Shown: in pieces, positions 20,201-29,975 of the stretch
Layout of the letters: each line of letters opens with the position of its first letter
Numbering within the stretch: the first letter of the stretch is position 1
IMG/VR virus record: IMGVR_UViG_3300023278_002223
Span: 1 to 64,000 of that record
Length of the DNA stretch: 64,000 bases
Direction: 5' to 3' (one strand)
Source of the DNA: a virus
Position numbers and translations under genes: made by a program
The notes under the pieces: model-generated
What the model saw: the letters and a program-made list of their open reading frames with translations, nothing else
Database searches by the model: none
What the model was told of the DNA's origin: nothing

Positions 20201-22381
20201 TTCGACGCAGCCGTAAAGGTTGCAGGTGGATCTTTGGACGTGCTACTTGGTGACCTGGAAGCACAGGGGACTGCAGCAGCACAGACTGTGAAGGAGTTGG
20301 TCTTACAAAAGGGAACACAGAAGGCCCTAAACGACCTAACCGAAGATCACAAAAAAACCAATTCAGAGCTAGCCAACCTATACCAAGTGAGAGAGAAGAT
20401 CTCAGCGGTAGAGGTGTCACAGGCAAAGAAGCTGTTGACAGCTGGTAAAGAATACTTGGTCGTCCTGAACGGAACAGCCCAGAAGATTTCAAAGTCAGTA
20501 AGTGACGAGAGAAAGAAGAGGGAGACAATCCTAGCTGAGGCCAGGATTCAACAGGTAGTCAATAAGCTAGCTGCAGACGGACAAGCATCAAGGGCCAAAG
20601 AGGTGGAAGCGCTCCTAAGAGGAAGACTTGAGGGAGAGAAGACTCTAAAGATCGCGCAGCAGAGAGTTCAAGCCCTAAGAGAGGCTGTAGAGCTAACAAA
20701 GGGAGCACAGCAGATAGAGCTTCAGTCAACACTAGAGGGAGCAGAAGTAGAGCTAAGCAACCTTAAGGCAGAGCTGGAAGAGGGGGCACTCTTCAACGTT
20801 GCCGTACAGATAAGGAAAGCCTCACTTGAGCAGTTTGAGGCTACAAAAAGCAAACTTGACACAATCATCGAAGACTCAGTAGCCAAGGTCACCGGGTCAG
20901 AGAAGGATTTGGCAGAAGCCAGAAAAGAAGTACAAAAGCTAAACCAGAAGCTAATAAGCGACCAAAGGGCACTGTCATCCGCGAGGTCAGCAGAGCTTGA
21001 CGCAAACAGCAATGTGATCTCAGCAATGAGAACAGCGGCAGACGCCCAGTACAACCTAGCCATATCAACAAACAGAGCCAAGAGAAGAGTCTTGGAGCAG
21101 GTTGGGGCGGTCAGCACTTTCTCAGAAAAGATTGCATCAATAAGCTCAGACCTAAACATAAAACTAATCGGAAGCGAAAAAGAAGTCCTAAAGGTGAGAT
21201 CAGAAGCAGCAGGAGAGATGTTGAACATCTTCCAGCAGCAGTTCAGCTCTATCCAAAGCCTAGGAAAGTCAGCAGCAACCGCAGGGGTTCAGTCTGTAGC
21301 AGACATATCAAGAGGACTCGGGGTGGCTCAATCAATCGCAGGAGGAGCAGACGTTGGCAGCTTCAATGCTGACCAGCTAAAATCAGCCCTCCAGTTTGAA
21401 AGCCTGTTCCCTGAAATCGGGAAAGCTGTAGCGGACTTTGGGTTGGCTCAGCTTGGAGTAGATCCAGCAGTAATGGAGAGCATCGAGGACAAGATGTTAA
21501 CCCTAGCCGAGATCACAGCGGAGCAGGGCAAAGCCAATGTTTCTACTGCCCAAGACCAGTTGGCAGCAGCCAGGGTTCAGGCAGAAGAGTCAGTAAAGGC
21601 CACAAAAGCAGCAGCCCAACAGCTTGAGACAACAAAGGCCCAAAAGAACGTAGCCCTCCAGTCGTTCGCAGTCACAAGATCACACCTAAATCTCGCTACA
21701 AGGGATTTGGCAGAGCAGAGAGATCAGGCGAGCAGAAGGCTTGGAGCTCTTGGCAAGGTTATTGAGGTTAACGAGAAAAACCAGACAACACAGCATGACC
21801 AGTTGAAGTCCATCAACGCCACAGTAGACGAGCTTAAGAGGCTAAATGGAATCATGGGAAGCTTTGCTAACGCCAGAGCGGCAGCATTCAGTGCAACTAA
21901 CATAGATAACAACGCCCACGGAAGCCTCTCCTCTGGAGAGCTAAACGGACTCGCCTTGGCTGCCAAGAGGGAGAAATCTCAAATGCCAGCTGGCTCCAAG
22001 CTAATGTTGGCCAACACATCCGAAGTCGTCCTAAACAGGAGACAAGCCGGAAGACTTGGAATGACACCAAGAAGACAGGCCAACGCAGCCAATGGAAATG
22101 GCAACGCAGAGGGAATGATCGCAGCAGTCGGAGGGCTCAGAAATGAAGTCAGAGCACTAAGATCAGACATAAGCACCGGAGGCGTCAAGAACGTTAGCGT
22201 TCAGGTTGACACCAACAAGAGCGTGAATGTCAAGGGGATCCAGGGCCTTGGCGCAGAACTAGAGAGAAGCCTTGCTGGCAAGTTCGCATCGAACCAAGAC
22301 CAAGAGGCAATAAGAAGCGCCCTTATGGATATCGTAAACAAACTAGGAGAAGACGGCTTCCTAGATTCACTAGGAAGATAA
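17273..22381 (+). CDS. Tail tape measure protein (TP901-type core)
   Basis: 1702 aa, Ala-rich helical; EFDNALQDLSK..FARQGL..TRLNSSQIGTAFKTILARI core. Confidence 0.9.
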   Translation: MAANDFILNLGVKFSPKDVDTKAIKLAIAKAAAASKVVISKASLSKTAQEGIKKSLAGASISLSNVKIDTKGKATIQAAFGKMALRLNNVQLSRAGASKMQAQVKAMPFFIGNIRINAAAQRQLQAQLGTLRVSAQPASRQAANAAARPGGGSGGGTGPLNEQDTASRVQQIKNNNKVLAQYARTATGAEKAEVALNRVVANSGRSWQLAGARIGAVVKRFGEYTIAASLVLNLTKGFRSAAQGLTEFDNALQDLSKIAAVTDKIDQAGRGLTNVALSTGKSVTDVSTALNDFARQGLGLQDALNKTEQSLRLTNISQLSAADSAKIVTASYKVFGLTNESLSESLDKLSVFADKSATNVTEIGKAFLRSASSAASAGLEIDQFQAILAATLEATRLNSSQIGTAFKTILARIQRDAPKLRKLANGFLDLNDALRLNASDTVFETFQKVAGIFPKLNGQQKNMISLQIAGVRQANIISAAFSNFGKVNELLDPQLQTTGKALEKNAEQLQKLSVRSQNFQTSIKALAAEVVGFNKGADERGFGATAIVGAVDAATDFVNIIRDVNKGFDSLVAGAGAFGKVFNIAAIAAFFTVTNVAIRKVVAGTKLFLGSTQQAAGVVGQLNTQLSGTVNAERLVTNELRTQNALRKGGLAIGGAGAGKAATGGVGKAGSALKAGGSALAVFGLLEVLGSQSQKLTARIEETTEEVGELGAVSATASDQTKLLLANFTKTALIAGFVGKSLLGLSTKATALGAGLIAAVSFAAAAREQAKKASELSQAQTDVSNLLQDSARSAEAVASALASVSQDVLKTNIGANIEALGAKTAGSLDANIQKLFGDIGLNDRNLGNLSAKFETLTRTISKTTDSLQNAFDFESTVKSAASTRQEALATEKLITEGITRDTAGLLAKVNTIGEEFSFTIAGAGESFLADTLRAVQAAEQGGSFDGAIASEGFERISAEIDKQTEAAENLNRQYRIFDAAVKVAGGSLDVLLGDLEAQGTAAAQTVKELVLQKGTQKALNDLTEDHKKTNSELANLYQVREKISAVEVSQAKKLLTAGKEYLVVLNGTAQKISKSVSDERKKRETILAEARIQQVVNKLAADGQASRAKEVEALLRGRLEGEKTLKIAQQRVQALREAVELTKGAQQIELQSTLEGAEVELSNLKAELEEGALFNVAVQIRKASLEQFEATKSKLDTIIEDSVAKVTGSEKDLAEARKEVQKLNQKLISDQRALSSARSAELDANSNVISAMRTAADAQYNLAISTNRAKRRVLEQVGAVSTFSEKIASISSDLNIKLIGSEKEVLKVRSEAAGEMLNIFQQQFSSIQSLGKSAATAGVQSVADISRGLGVAQSIAGGADVGSFNADQLKSALQFESLFPEIGKAVADFGLAQLGVDPAVMESIEDKMLTLAEITAEQGKANVSTAQDQLAAARVQAEESVKATKAAAQQLETTKAQKNVALQSFAVTRSHLNLATRDLAEQRDQASRRLGALGKVIEVNEKNQTTQHDQLKSINATVDELKRLNGIMGSFANARAAAFSATNIDNNAHGSLSSGELNGLALAAKREKSQMPAGSKLMLANTSEVVLNRRQAGRLGMTPRRQANAANGNGNAEGMIAAVGGLRNEVRALRSDISTGGVKNVSVQVDTNKSVNVKGIQGLGAELERSLAGKFASNQDQEAIRSALMDIVNKLGEDGFLDSLGR

Positions 22382-22391
22382 GGAGAAAACA

Positions 22392-23732
22392 ATGGCAGTA
22401 CAAATGTTTTATGGGGCATACGAGTTTACCCCAGTTCCTTTGTTCTCTTGGAGTTCTGACTTGCTCAGAGACTCAAAGGGCTCAGGTGTGGCTATAACAA
22501 ACTCTCTTGATTTCACAGGCCACTTTCTCCAAACAACCGGAGATAATGACCAGATCGACCTACTGTTTACAGACAGGTCTTCTCTCCTTACAGCTTTAAG
22601 TAGCGATATGGACGAATTTAAAATCCTTGATAACTCGTCTGGGATTTTGTCTGGCGTATACCCAAGAGTTGAGAACCTCTCCATCCAAGAGGGGGTTTGG
22701 GCCGATAGATCTCAGTACACCTTTACGCTTTCTTGGGATGAGGCTCTGAACAGCTCTAACATCGTAGACTTCTCAGAGAACTGGGACTACACCGAAAACG
22801 AAGACAGAAGAAGCGTATCCCTAACGCACAACATGAGCGCAGTTGGACTAAACACAGCAACAAGCGGGAATAACGCTCTATCTAACGCTAAGACTTTCGT
22901 AAACGCAAGAACTGGGTCGTCTTTCCAGCAAGCCAGCCACCCTGCCTTTGTTGCAGTGAGCGGGTCAAACACAGCCTACGAGAACCTAAGAACAGAGAGC
23001 CTAGATACAACAGCTGGTTCGTACTCAGTAACAGAGAACTTTACATTGGCGTCTGGGGCATACACCCACACACAAAATGCGACACTCTCAACATCAGACG
23101 GAATCTCAGAGGTTAGCCTTCAGGGAGAGATCCAGGGCTTGGGAAGAGGAGATGGGGCATACACTAGCGCCTTGAGTGGGTGGGATAACGAGATTAGCTC
23201 AGCCCTAGCAAGTGACGCCTCTGGAGTATACTCTTCATTGGGCGGCGGAGCCACCCTTTATACTGCTACACCTGCCAGTGAGTCAATCAGCAAGAACGCA
23301 TTCGCTGGAACACTCGGGTATAGCTACTCATACACAGACTCAGCAGACGAGAACATTCCTTCTGGTGTGGCGTCTTTCGACATAAACATTAGCGATCAGC
23401 AGCCAACAACACTCATGGCCTCATTGCCAGTGTTTGGAAGAACTCTAGGAAATGTGGTCCAAGACATTGGAACATCAACAGAGGGAACCTTTTCAATAAC
23501 AGGATCAGCCAAGGGAGACCAAGGCTACTCAAATGCAAGCCTTTTGACATACTGCGAGACAAGAATCAACGCAATAAGACCACTATCAGGAAACTATGCG
23601 ACACTAAGACTTGAGTCACAGAGTGTCAACAAGGATACAGATGCCAATGAGATTTCATTCAGTCTCAGTTGGAAATACACTAAGACCCTGTCAGCAGCCA
23701 AAGTAGACGGCGCTGTAGACCTAGGAAGCTAA
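22392..23732 (+). CDS. Distal tail/tail tip protein
   Basis: Immediately follows tape measure; beta-rich. Confidence 0.55.
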   Translation: MAVQMFYGAYEFTPVPLFSWSSDLLRDSKGSGVAITNSLDFTGHFLQTTGDNDQIDLLFTDRSSLLTALSSDMDEFKILDNSSGILSGVYPRVENLSIQEGVWADRSQYTFTLSWDEALNSSNIVDFSENWDYTENEDRRSVSLTHNMSAVGLNTATSGNNALSNAKTFVNARTGSSFQQASHPAFVAVSGSNTAYENLRTESLDTTAGSYSVTENFTLASGAYTHTQNATLSTSDGISEVSLQGEIQGLGRGDGAYTSALSGWDNEISSALASDASGVYSSLGGGATLYTATPASESISKNAFAGTLGYSYSYTDSADENIPSGVASFDINISDQQPTTLMASLPVFGRTLGNVVQDIGTSTEGTFSITGSAKGDQGYSNASLLTYCETRINAIRPLSGNYATLRLESQSVNKDTDANEISFSLSWKYTKTLSAAKVDGAVDLGS

Positions 23733-23736
23733 GAAG

Positions 23737-24279
23737 ATGGCAGTACCAGTAATCGAGTTCAACGTGTTCACCGTTGACAACTCAACTCCAGCCACATCAG
23801 GTAGGCACCTTGAGACTGCTCTTAATTGGAGTCAAAAGGCTGACGCTACAACAAGTGGATACTTGGACATGGGGACCGTGAACAACACCTCAGCCAAGGT
23901 CTCAACAAGCACAGTTGCGGTCGTTCCTTTCTGCTCTAATTTAAACGGAGCAACAACTGTCAGCGATATGAAGTTTTGGATGCCAACACAGACAGCCATC
24001 ACAACTGGAACCGTTACATTTAACGAGCAAATCCAGACAGCTTGGCAGTCAGGCATAGCCCTAACAGATGCGAGTGGAAGCTATGCAAGCTCATCCCTGC
24101 CATCTGTTCAAAACGTAAACAGGCAAGATGGAACTACAACAGTCACTGGGGCCAACTCAGACTCACAGGCAATGGAGTTCATCTACGTTAGCACAACCGT
24201 AGACACAGACGTTCCAGCCGGAGAATATGGGGTTGCACCAGGGGCAATGAAGTTTAGACTAACTTTCGACTTCAGCTAG
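23737..24279 (+). CDS. Tail tip protein, paralog 1 of 3
   Basis: Shares SG(x)RH[LI][ED], [FM]W, W..[GS][IL].L motifs with the next two genes. Confidence 0.55.
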   Translation: MAVPVIEFNVFTVDNSTPATSGRHLETALNWSQKADATTSGYLDMGTVNNTSAKVSTSTVAVVPFCSNLNGATTVSDMKFWMPTQTAITTGTVTFNEQIQTAWQSGIALTDASGSYASSSLPSVQNVNRQDGTTTVTGANSDSQAMEFIYVSTTVDTDVPAGEYGVAPGAMKFRLTFDFS

Positions 24280-24296
24280 GTTAAAGGGGTTTTGAA

Positions 24297-24851
24297 ATGG
24301 CAACAATAATCGTAAAAGAGTGGGATGTGACAGGTACCGACCCTAGTGGTTCAAGGCACCTCGAAAGTCACGCATCCTTCGTATCAGTGGTTGCCTCTGG
24401 GACTAGCCCAACTGGAACCATTGACCTCGGGAGCTTGGCCATTACAGACGGAAACGACATTGGGGCAACAAAGTGCTTCACAGTCCAGTTCTCAGGCTTC
24501 GCTGACGCCAATGAGACCGTGGACTCCTGCGAGTTTTGGGCCAGCGGTTCCGACCTATCAGGAACATCATCAAAGATCGTTTACTCAGGGACGGGCTCTT
24601 GGACACAGTCACTGTCCTTAGCCGAGGACGGGAACGAGATAGTTCCTACTACATCTGGGACAGCGTCAGGGGTGCTAAGAAACGATGGAGGCTTAACCTT
24701 CTTCGCAACTACAGATGCTCACACGTCTCAGTACAACTACATTGCACTTCAGGCATCGGGAGACATGCCAGTGGGAGCCTATGGGGGGACCACAGGGCTA
24801 GACCTTAAGTTTAATTATTCAGTAAATACTGCGAATACGAACAGAGACTAA
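24297..24851 (+). CDS. Tail tip protein, paralog 2 of 3
   Basis: DPSGSRHLE motif and shared downstream motifs. Confidence 0.55.
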   Translation: MATIIVKEWDVTGTDPSGSRHLESHASFVSVVASGTSPTGTIDLGSLAITDGNDIGATKCFTVQFSGFADANETVDSCEFWASGSDLSGTSSKIVYSGTGSWTQSLSLAEDGNEIVPTTSGTASGVLRNDGGLTFFATTDAHTSQYNYIALQASGDMPVGAYGGTTGLDLKFNYSVNTANTNRD

Positions 24852-24852
24852 T

Positions 24853-25503
24853 ATGGCAACCTCAGGAACTATAACAATAGCTACTCCGCCAGTGTTGGTC
24901 TGGTCTTGGGATACATCCAAGGTGGACCCTTCCGGGTATCGCCACATAGACTCCGGGGTCTACAAGCCAGGAGCAAAGTCTGACCTAATAGGGGGCTTTG
25001 ACTCCAATCAGTCAAGCGGGGTGGCACTAAACGTGTTGACCCAGACAGACCTAACTCCGTCAGCCACAGTTGTTGGTGGGACCAAGGCTCTAACAGTAAG
25101 CTTGGGATTGCCAGCAGACTCGCACTTCTCTTCAGCAAACGCTGGAGCCGTTGGCAGTAGTCTTAGAATCTACAACATAAAGATGTGGCTAAACGACAAG
25201 TCAGACCTAACAGCATCAGGAGTGACCCCGACTCTGTACTACAGGTCAGACTCAAGCTGGACCAAGGGGATAGCCCTAACAAGCGCATCTTCTGGAGTAG
25301 CAGCCTTCCCAGAGACCGAGGGATCAGGAATCTCCCTAGGCGTTGTTAATTCAGGCAACGCAGACCTAGAGATTACAAACTACGTGTACACATTCCTAGA
25401 GCTACCTTCTGGAACATACGAACAAGGGGTGTTGGGTGGCCTCGGGGGTGGATACGAGATAAGAGTTTCCTACGACTTCACCGCAGAGGGGGAGTTGCTG
25501 TGA
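24853..25503 (+). CDS. Tail tip protein, paralog 3 of 3
   Basis: DPSGYRHID motif and shared downstream motifs. Confidence 0.55.
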   Translation: MATSGTITIATPPVLVWSWDTSKVDPSGYRHIDSGVYKPGAKSDLIGGFDSNQSSGVALNVLTQTDLTPSATVVGGTKALTVSLGLPADSHFSSANAGAVGSSLRIYNIKMWLNDKSDLTASGVTPTLYYRSDSSWTKGIALTSASSGVAAFPETEGSGISLGVVNSGNADLEITNYVYTFLELPSGTYEQGVLGGLGGGYEIRVSYDFTAEGELL

Positions 25504-25901
25504 GCCTCTATAGCTTGGATAAAACTGGTGAGACACTTGTAGTCAAAGTCCCAACAGTCGGTGGAGAGATGTCCATTGACACAGGCTTAGACTGTGACTC
25601 ATACATAACCTTCACGGCAACCACAGACATGCAGCAGGCTGTAGGCAAAGTGGCTGATGGGGGGATAAGGACTGTTTGGGACGGATCCCTAAAAGAGATA
25701 ACAAACGCTAGATATATTGGCGAAATCTCAGTTGGAGATAGGGTCTGGTTGACCGAACACCTAACACTGTCTGGCAAGATGGAGCTTGTTGCCAGCAAGA
25801 GGCAACCAGCATGTGGAGACATAAACTTCATAAACGTTATTTCTTCTAAGACAAGAAAAAAAAGAGTAAAGATAGACATAATAACAGGAGAGGTTGGATA
25901 A
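25500..25901 (+). CDS. Hypothetical protein
   Basis: GTGA overlap with upstream stop; 133 aa. Confidence 0.55.
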   Translation: MSLYSLDKTGETLVVKVPTVGGEMSIDTGLDCDSYITFTATTDMQQAVGKVADGGIRTVWDGSLKEITNARYIGEISVGDRVWLTEHLTLSGKMELVASKRQPACGDINFINVISSKTRKKRVKIDIITGEVG

Positions 25902-25902
25902 A

Positions 25903-26733
25903 ATGGCAATAACAGTAAAGACATCAACTGTCAACATGGAAACAGTTGTGTACGCCAACTCTCAGAACATGCCAAGCGGAACGCAGAACACTCACCTTGA
26001 GCTCAGCTTCCAGCCAACCAGCTCTGGAGATTACGACCAACAGCTAGTGGTAAACAAGACAACCCAGGCCGCATTTGGTAGCAAGCTAACAGTCGCCCAG
26101 TCCATATCTGCCACCAACGGAACCATAGACTCAGTAAAGGTCGGGTCAGATGTGTTCACAGAGGCTAGCGGAGTGGTCTATGCCTCAGCATCCGGATCAG
26201 TTGTTGTAGTGTCAGGGAGTGTGCCAAGCGGCTCAGACATCCACACTGCATCAATCAACTTCAACGAGGGACCAAGGACAGTCTCTGGAGGGTTGACAGT
26301 GTCAGACGCGGGTCTTTTCTCTGCCACCCACACCTACTCTTACCCAGGGATCTACCACATCCTCACAAGGGTTCAGGACTCTGAGGGCGCTGTTGACATG
26401 GATTCATTCCGTCTCAACTTGGCCTCTGACCTAACCGGAAGTGACTTGGGGAACTTGACAGTAACAGCAACCCCAGAAGGGGGAGACACCAGCAGCACCT
26501 CCTCTTTGTCTATAAGCTGTACAACAACTGGAGCGTCTGGCTTATCCATTAGTTCAGTAGAGGATGACGATTTGTCCTGGAACTTCGGCAACCACGAAAC
26601 AAGCAACAAGACAGCCCCATCAACAAGATATTCTGAGCCTGGGACATTTATCCCATCGGCCAGCTTCTTGTACCCAAGCCCATCTGGCAGTCTATATCTT
26701 ACAGATATTATCGACCTAGGGGCGAACACTTAA
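25903..26733 (+). CDS. PKD/Ig-domain virion protein
   Basis: HTYSYPGIY and WNFGN..S...PS.RYSEPGTF PKD signatures. Confidence 0.65.
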   Translation: MAITVKTSTVNMETVVYANSQNMPSGTQNTHLELSFQPTSSGDYDQQLVVNKTTQAAFGSKLTVAQSISATNGTIDSVKVGSDVFTEASGVVYASASGSVVVVSGSVPSGSDIHTASINFNEGPRTVSGGLTVSDAGLFSATHTYSYPGIYHILTRVQDSEGAVDMDSFRLNLASDLTGSDLGNLTVTATPEGGDTSSTSSLSISCTTTGASGLSISSVEDDDLSWNFGNHETSNKTAPSTRYSEPGTFIPSASFLYPSPSGSLYLTDIIDLGANT

Positions 26734-26742
26734 TCGTATAAT
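26733..26742 (+). promoter_or_regulatory. Putative late promoter ATCGTATAAT
   Basis: Motif copy at gene boundary upstream of 26786. Confidence 0.65.
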
Positions 26743-26785
26743 AGAGAGTAAACAACTGTGGGGCAACACAGGCTAGGAGTTTAAA

Positions 26786-29700
26786 ATGGTAAGCGGACAC
26801 ATCAATGTAAGTGGAATAAACACCACATATCAGCCAGAGCTAGTAAGCTCGCCGGACGGACTCTTTGGAGCCTCTGGCGCGTTTCTTTCTGCCGTTAATG
26901 CCACATTTGGTTTCGGATCATCTCCCCACACATTCAGCCTGTCTTACGCACCAAGATCCTTTGGGCACGAGACCCTCCCAACAATCGGCACAGCCGTAGA
27001 CTTCTCAATTGACAACTTCCTCGTCAAGGGAAGCGTAACCCACGCAGACTACTCCAAAGACTCAAAGGGGAACCTTCTAAACGTCGTGATTCAAGACGAC
27101 AGGGTTGATCTAGACTCATTCTTCCTAGACACAGTTGGTCTGTTCGGAAGAAACGACACACCTTCTGACGATACAGTGGATGTCTACAATTGGTACAGCA
27201 AGACAAGCGTCAGCATAGCAACGTCCGGGAGATCATCCCAAGTAAAAGAGCTTGAGAGCATCAAGAACAATGGTGCAACATACAGGCAGATCTATGATGC
27301 AACAGAGTACTATGAAAACACAATCGGGTCAGTCACTGGGCTTCTTTCCTCACTACCAGCTCCAGACGTAGTAGAGAGCCAGCTTCCAGGAAACGTAGAC
27401 GGATACAGGTGGAAGTTCGAGGCAGAGGGCTTCTTGTCCGCTATGGTCAGGATCCTGTCAGATGTCAGCTATGACTGCTATTGGGATATGGCTGATGCCA
27501 AACTTTCAGTTGTCAACAGGAAGTACAGTGTAACAGTCACAAGAGATGACATCCCTTACGCAGGAGACACCTCCGAAACATTGCACCTAAAGTATGGAAA
27601 CGACGAGTCTGACAAGCCAAACAAGGTTAGAGTCTTCGGTCCAAACATGGAGGGGATCGTTGGAAGTGGGCGACTAATCCCAACCTCCGGAGCCTTCGCC
27701 GCATCCTATGACATGGGAATTACAGTTGGAGCACCTTCGTTCGAGCCAGGGTGGAGAAACGTAAACATCAAGTACTTCGGTCCAGATGGAAACCTCGCCA
27801 CTGACATCCCAACAGATGCAGAGCTTAGCGCAGCACTCAAATCAATCGAGTACTGGGCTCATGAGAAAGACCTAGAGAACAGAATCAGCAGCTCGGGCTT
27901 CGTTCCTGCCTCTGGATCTAACGTTGGACAGAACAGCCCAACATCCTACCTATCAGAGATGACCAGCAGATACAACTCTTCAAAGAGTTGGGTCGTAGCG
28001 TGGTACAACAAGGTTAAGACCTTTGCAGACTCCCACTATGGTAAGACATACACCCTAAAAGAGACCGATCCCCTATATGGTTTCATTGATGACTTTGAGG
28101 TCGTTGGTGAAGCATGGAGCAACCTTGAGAATCAGGCCAGCGGCCTATTCGAGGATGGATACCAGATCGACGGCACTTACTCTATGCTAGCCCCTTTCTA
28201 CAACGCCGCAACAAACAAGCTAAAGGCGTACTGCGTAATGGACACCACTACAAAGTGGGGGATCACAGGAGAGGGAGTTCCAACTAAGTTCGAGAGCTGG
28301 AATGAGGACGAGCTAAACCAATTTGTACCAATCAAGGTTCAGATGTGGAAATCTTCCAAGACAAGGTTTGACTCTCCAGCGTTTGAGTGGGACAGCTCAG
28401 AGAAGGGAATTGCTATAACATTCCCCAACTTCTGTTTCGACCCAACAACAGCAAGAAACACAGCGCTACTAACAGCCTCTTCAGGAATCACAACAGCCAA
28501 TAGTGGATTCCTAACTGGAGACTGGGGCGACGATTTCGTCGACCCACTACTAAACCCAGTCCCATACGAAGAGATCAACCCTGCTTCAGGGCAGAGCGTT
28601 GCTCTTCCTGTTAGAGTGAGCAGAAGATATGGATACGCATACCCTTCAGTCTGGACAAGCGGGACAGGGAGCAAGCTGGAGGTTGTTGTAGAAGACAAGT
28701 TCTCCCCATGGAACTACGAGCCAAGAGGGACAGACACCTCTGTCGAAAGGCTAACAGCAGACGTCAACGCCTTCATGAGCTCTCAGAAGATTGACGCCAC
28801 AGCGTCTACTCACGCGGAAGTGACCAAGATCGGTCTACCTGGGGTTAGCTTTGACGACTTCTCAGACCAGACTCTTCAGTCAAGTGGCTATGGGTTGATT
28901 TCAAACGGGATAACCTCCATCAACGTTGGTAGGGGATCCAGCGACTACTGGAAAACAAAGTACTCAGTAAAAGCCCACTTCCCACAGCTAGTAAAAGCAA
29001 AGCCAACCTTTACAAGACTAGACGAAGACTTTTCTTTCGTAATCAAGAAGATTGAGACAAGGATTACAGACCTAGAGCTCGATCTCGACATCCCAGAAGT
29101 GTTCGCCCCTATTGACGACACAAGGATAACAAGAATTGGGGTTGGCACAGCGGAAGAGAAAAGATCTATCCCTGTGACTATCACTACCGTTTACGATAGA
29201 ACATCTGGAGACCCTTACTACCTCTCAACAGACTCCAGAGGAAAGAGCTGGCCAAGAAACCTGGACCTAAACGCAGGAAGCCAGGCATCCCAAAGAGCAA
29301 GAGGCGCAGACGGGCTATTTGACGTTAACATGTCAGCAGTGTACCACTACGAGAGGCTAGAGGATGGAACATTCCAGCACTGGTACACAGGTGGTGTAGA
29401 CTTGGTTAACGCCAAAGTCATGACAGTAACGTCAGCAATAAAGACCGCTGGAGGCAGCAGCGTTGTTGACCTTCAGACACTAGCCCCAGTCGGGGGTGTT
29501 GCGATTGACATAACAAACGTTCCTCTTATCGACCAAGCAAACACCGACAGTGTCACAAGTGGAGCAAAGGTATCAGTCTCCTCCCCAATGAGCGACACCA
29601 ACATTAGGAACTACGACTTTACGCCTTCAGCTGGCCTCTCTGAGCTCTATGTGGTAAATGCCGCAGCAGGAGGAGGAGGGTCAGGAACCACCAACTTCGT

Positions 29701-29974
29701 AGAAGTGACAACGGCTCCAACATCTGGAGCTGGTGTATCTGGGATCGTTAGAACTTTCGCCGTAGGAAACATCTCGGCAATAACATACGATGACTCTGCC
29801 TCAGGAACAAAGGTCTCATTCGTTGGTATCGATCCAAGGATTGTAGCATCTGGAGACTTCGGAATTATCTCAATCCAGAGCGACACTGAGATCCAGGGAA
29901 GCGGATCAGTGGCCATCGACCATGTCCTTTGTCACATCGTCAAGCCTACCTTCATAAACTATGGATTGATTTAA
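26786..29974 (+). CDS. Tail hub/baseplate-like protein
   Basis: 1062 aa; N-terminal hub-like organisation (FGSSPHTFSL, VVIQDDR, YDCYWD, YGNDESD.PNKVRVFG). Confidence 0.55.
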   Translation: MVSGHINVSGINTTYQPELVSSPDGLFGASGAFLSAVNATFGFGSSPHTFSLSYAPRSFGHETLPTIGTAVDFSIDNFLVKGSVTHADYSKDSKGNLLNVVIQDDRVDLDSFFLDTVGLFGRNDTPSDDTVDVYNWYSKTSVSIATSGRSSQVKELESIKNNGATYRQIYDATEYYENTIGSVTGLLSSLPAPDVVESQLPGNVDGYRWKFEAEGFLSAMVRILSDVSYDCYWDMADAKLSVVNRKYSVTVTRDDIPYAGDTSETLHLKYGNDESDKPNKVRVFGPNMEGIVGSGRLIPTSGAFAASYDMGITVGAPSFEPGWRNVNIKYFGPDGNLATDIPTDAELSAALKSIEYWAHEKDLENRISSSGFVPASGSNVGQNSPTSYLSEMTSRYNSSKSWVVAWYNKVKTFADSHYGKTYTLKETDPLYGFIDDFEVVGEAWSNLENQASGLFEDGYQIDGTYSMLAPFYNAATNKLKAYCVMDTTTKWGITGEGVPTKFESWNEDELNQFVPIKVQMWKSSKTRFDSPAFEWDSSEKGIAITFPNFCFDPTTARNTALLTASSGITTANSGFLTGDWGDDFVDPLLNPVPYEEINPASGQSVALPVRVSRRYGYAYPSVWTSGTGSKLEVVVEDKFSPWNYEPRGTDTSVERLTADVNAFMSSQKIDATASTHAEVTKIGLPGVSFDDFSDQTLQSSGYGLISNGITSINVGRGSSDYWKTKYSVKAHFPQLVKAKPTFTRLDEDFSFVIKKIETRITDLELDLDIPEVFAPIDDTRITRIGVGTAEEKRSIPVTITTVYDRTSGDPYYLSTDSRGKSWPRNLDLNAGSQASQRARGADGLFDVNMSAVYHYERLEDGTFQHWYTGGVDLVNAKVMTVTSAIKTAGGSSVVDLQTLAPVGGVAIDITNVPLIDQANTDSVTSGAKVSVSSPMSDTNIRNYDFTPSAGLSELYVVNAAAGGGGSGTTNFVEVTTAPTSGAGVSGIVRTFAVGNISAITYDDSASGTKVSFVGIDPRIVASGDFGIISIQSDTEIQGSGSVAIDHVLCHIVKPTFINYGLI

Positions 29975-29975
29975 A

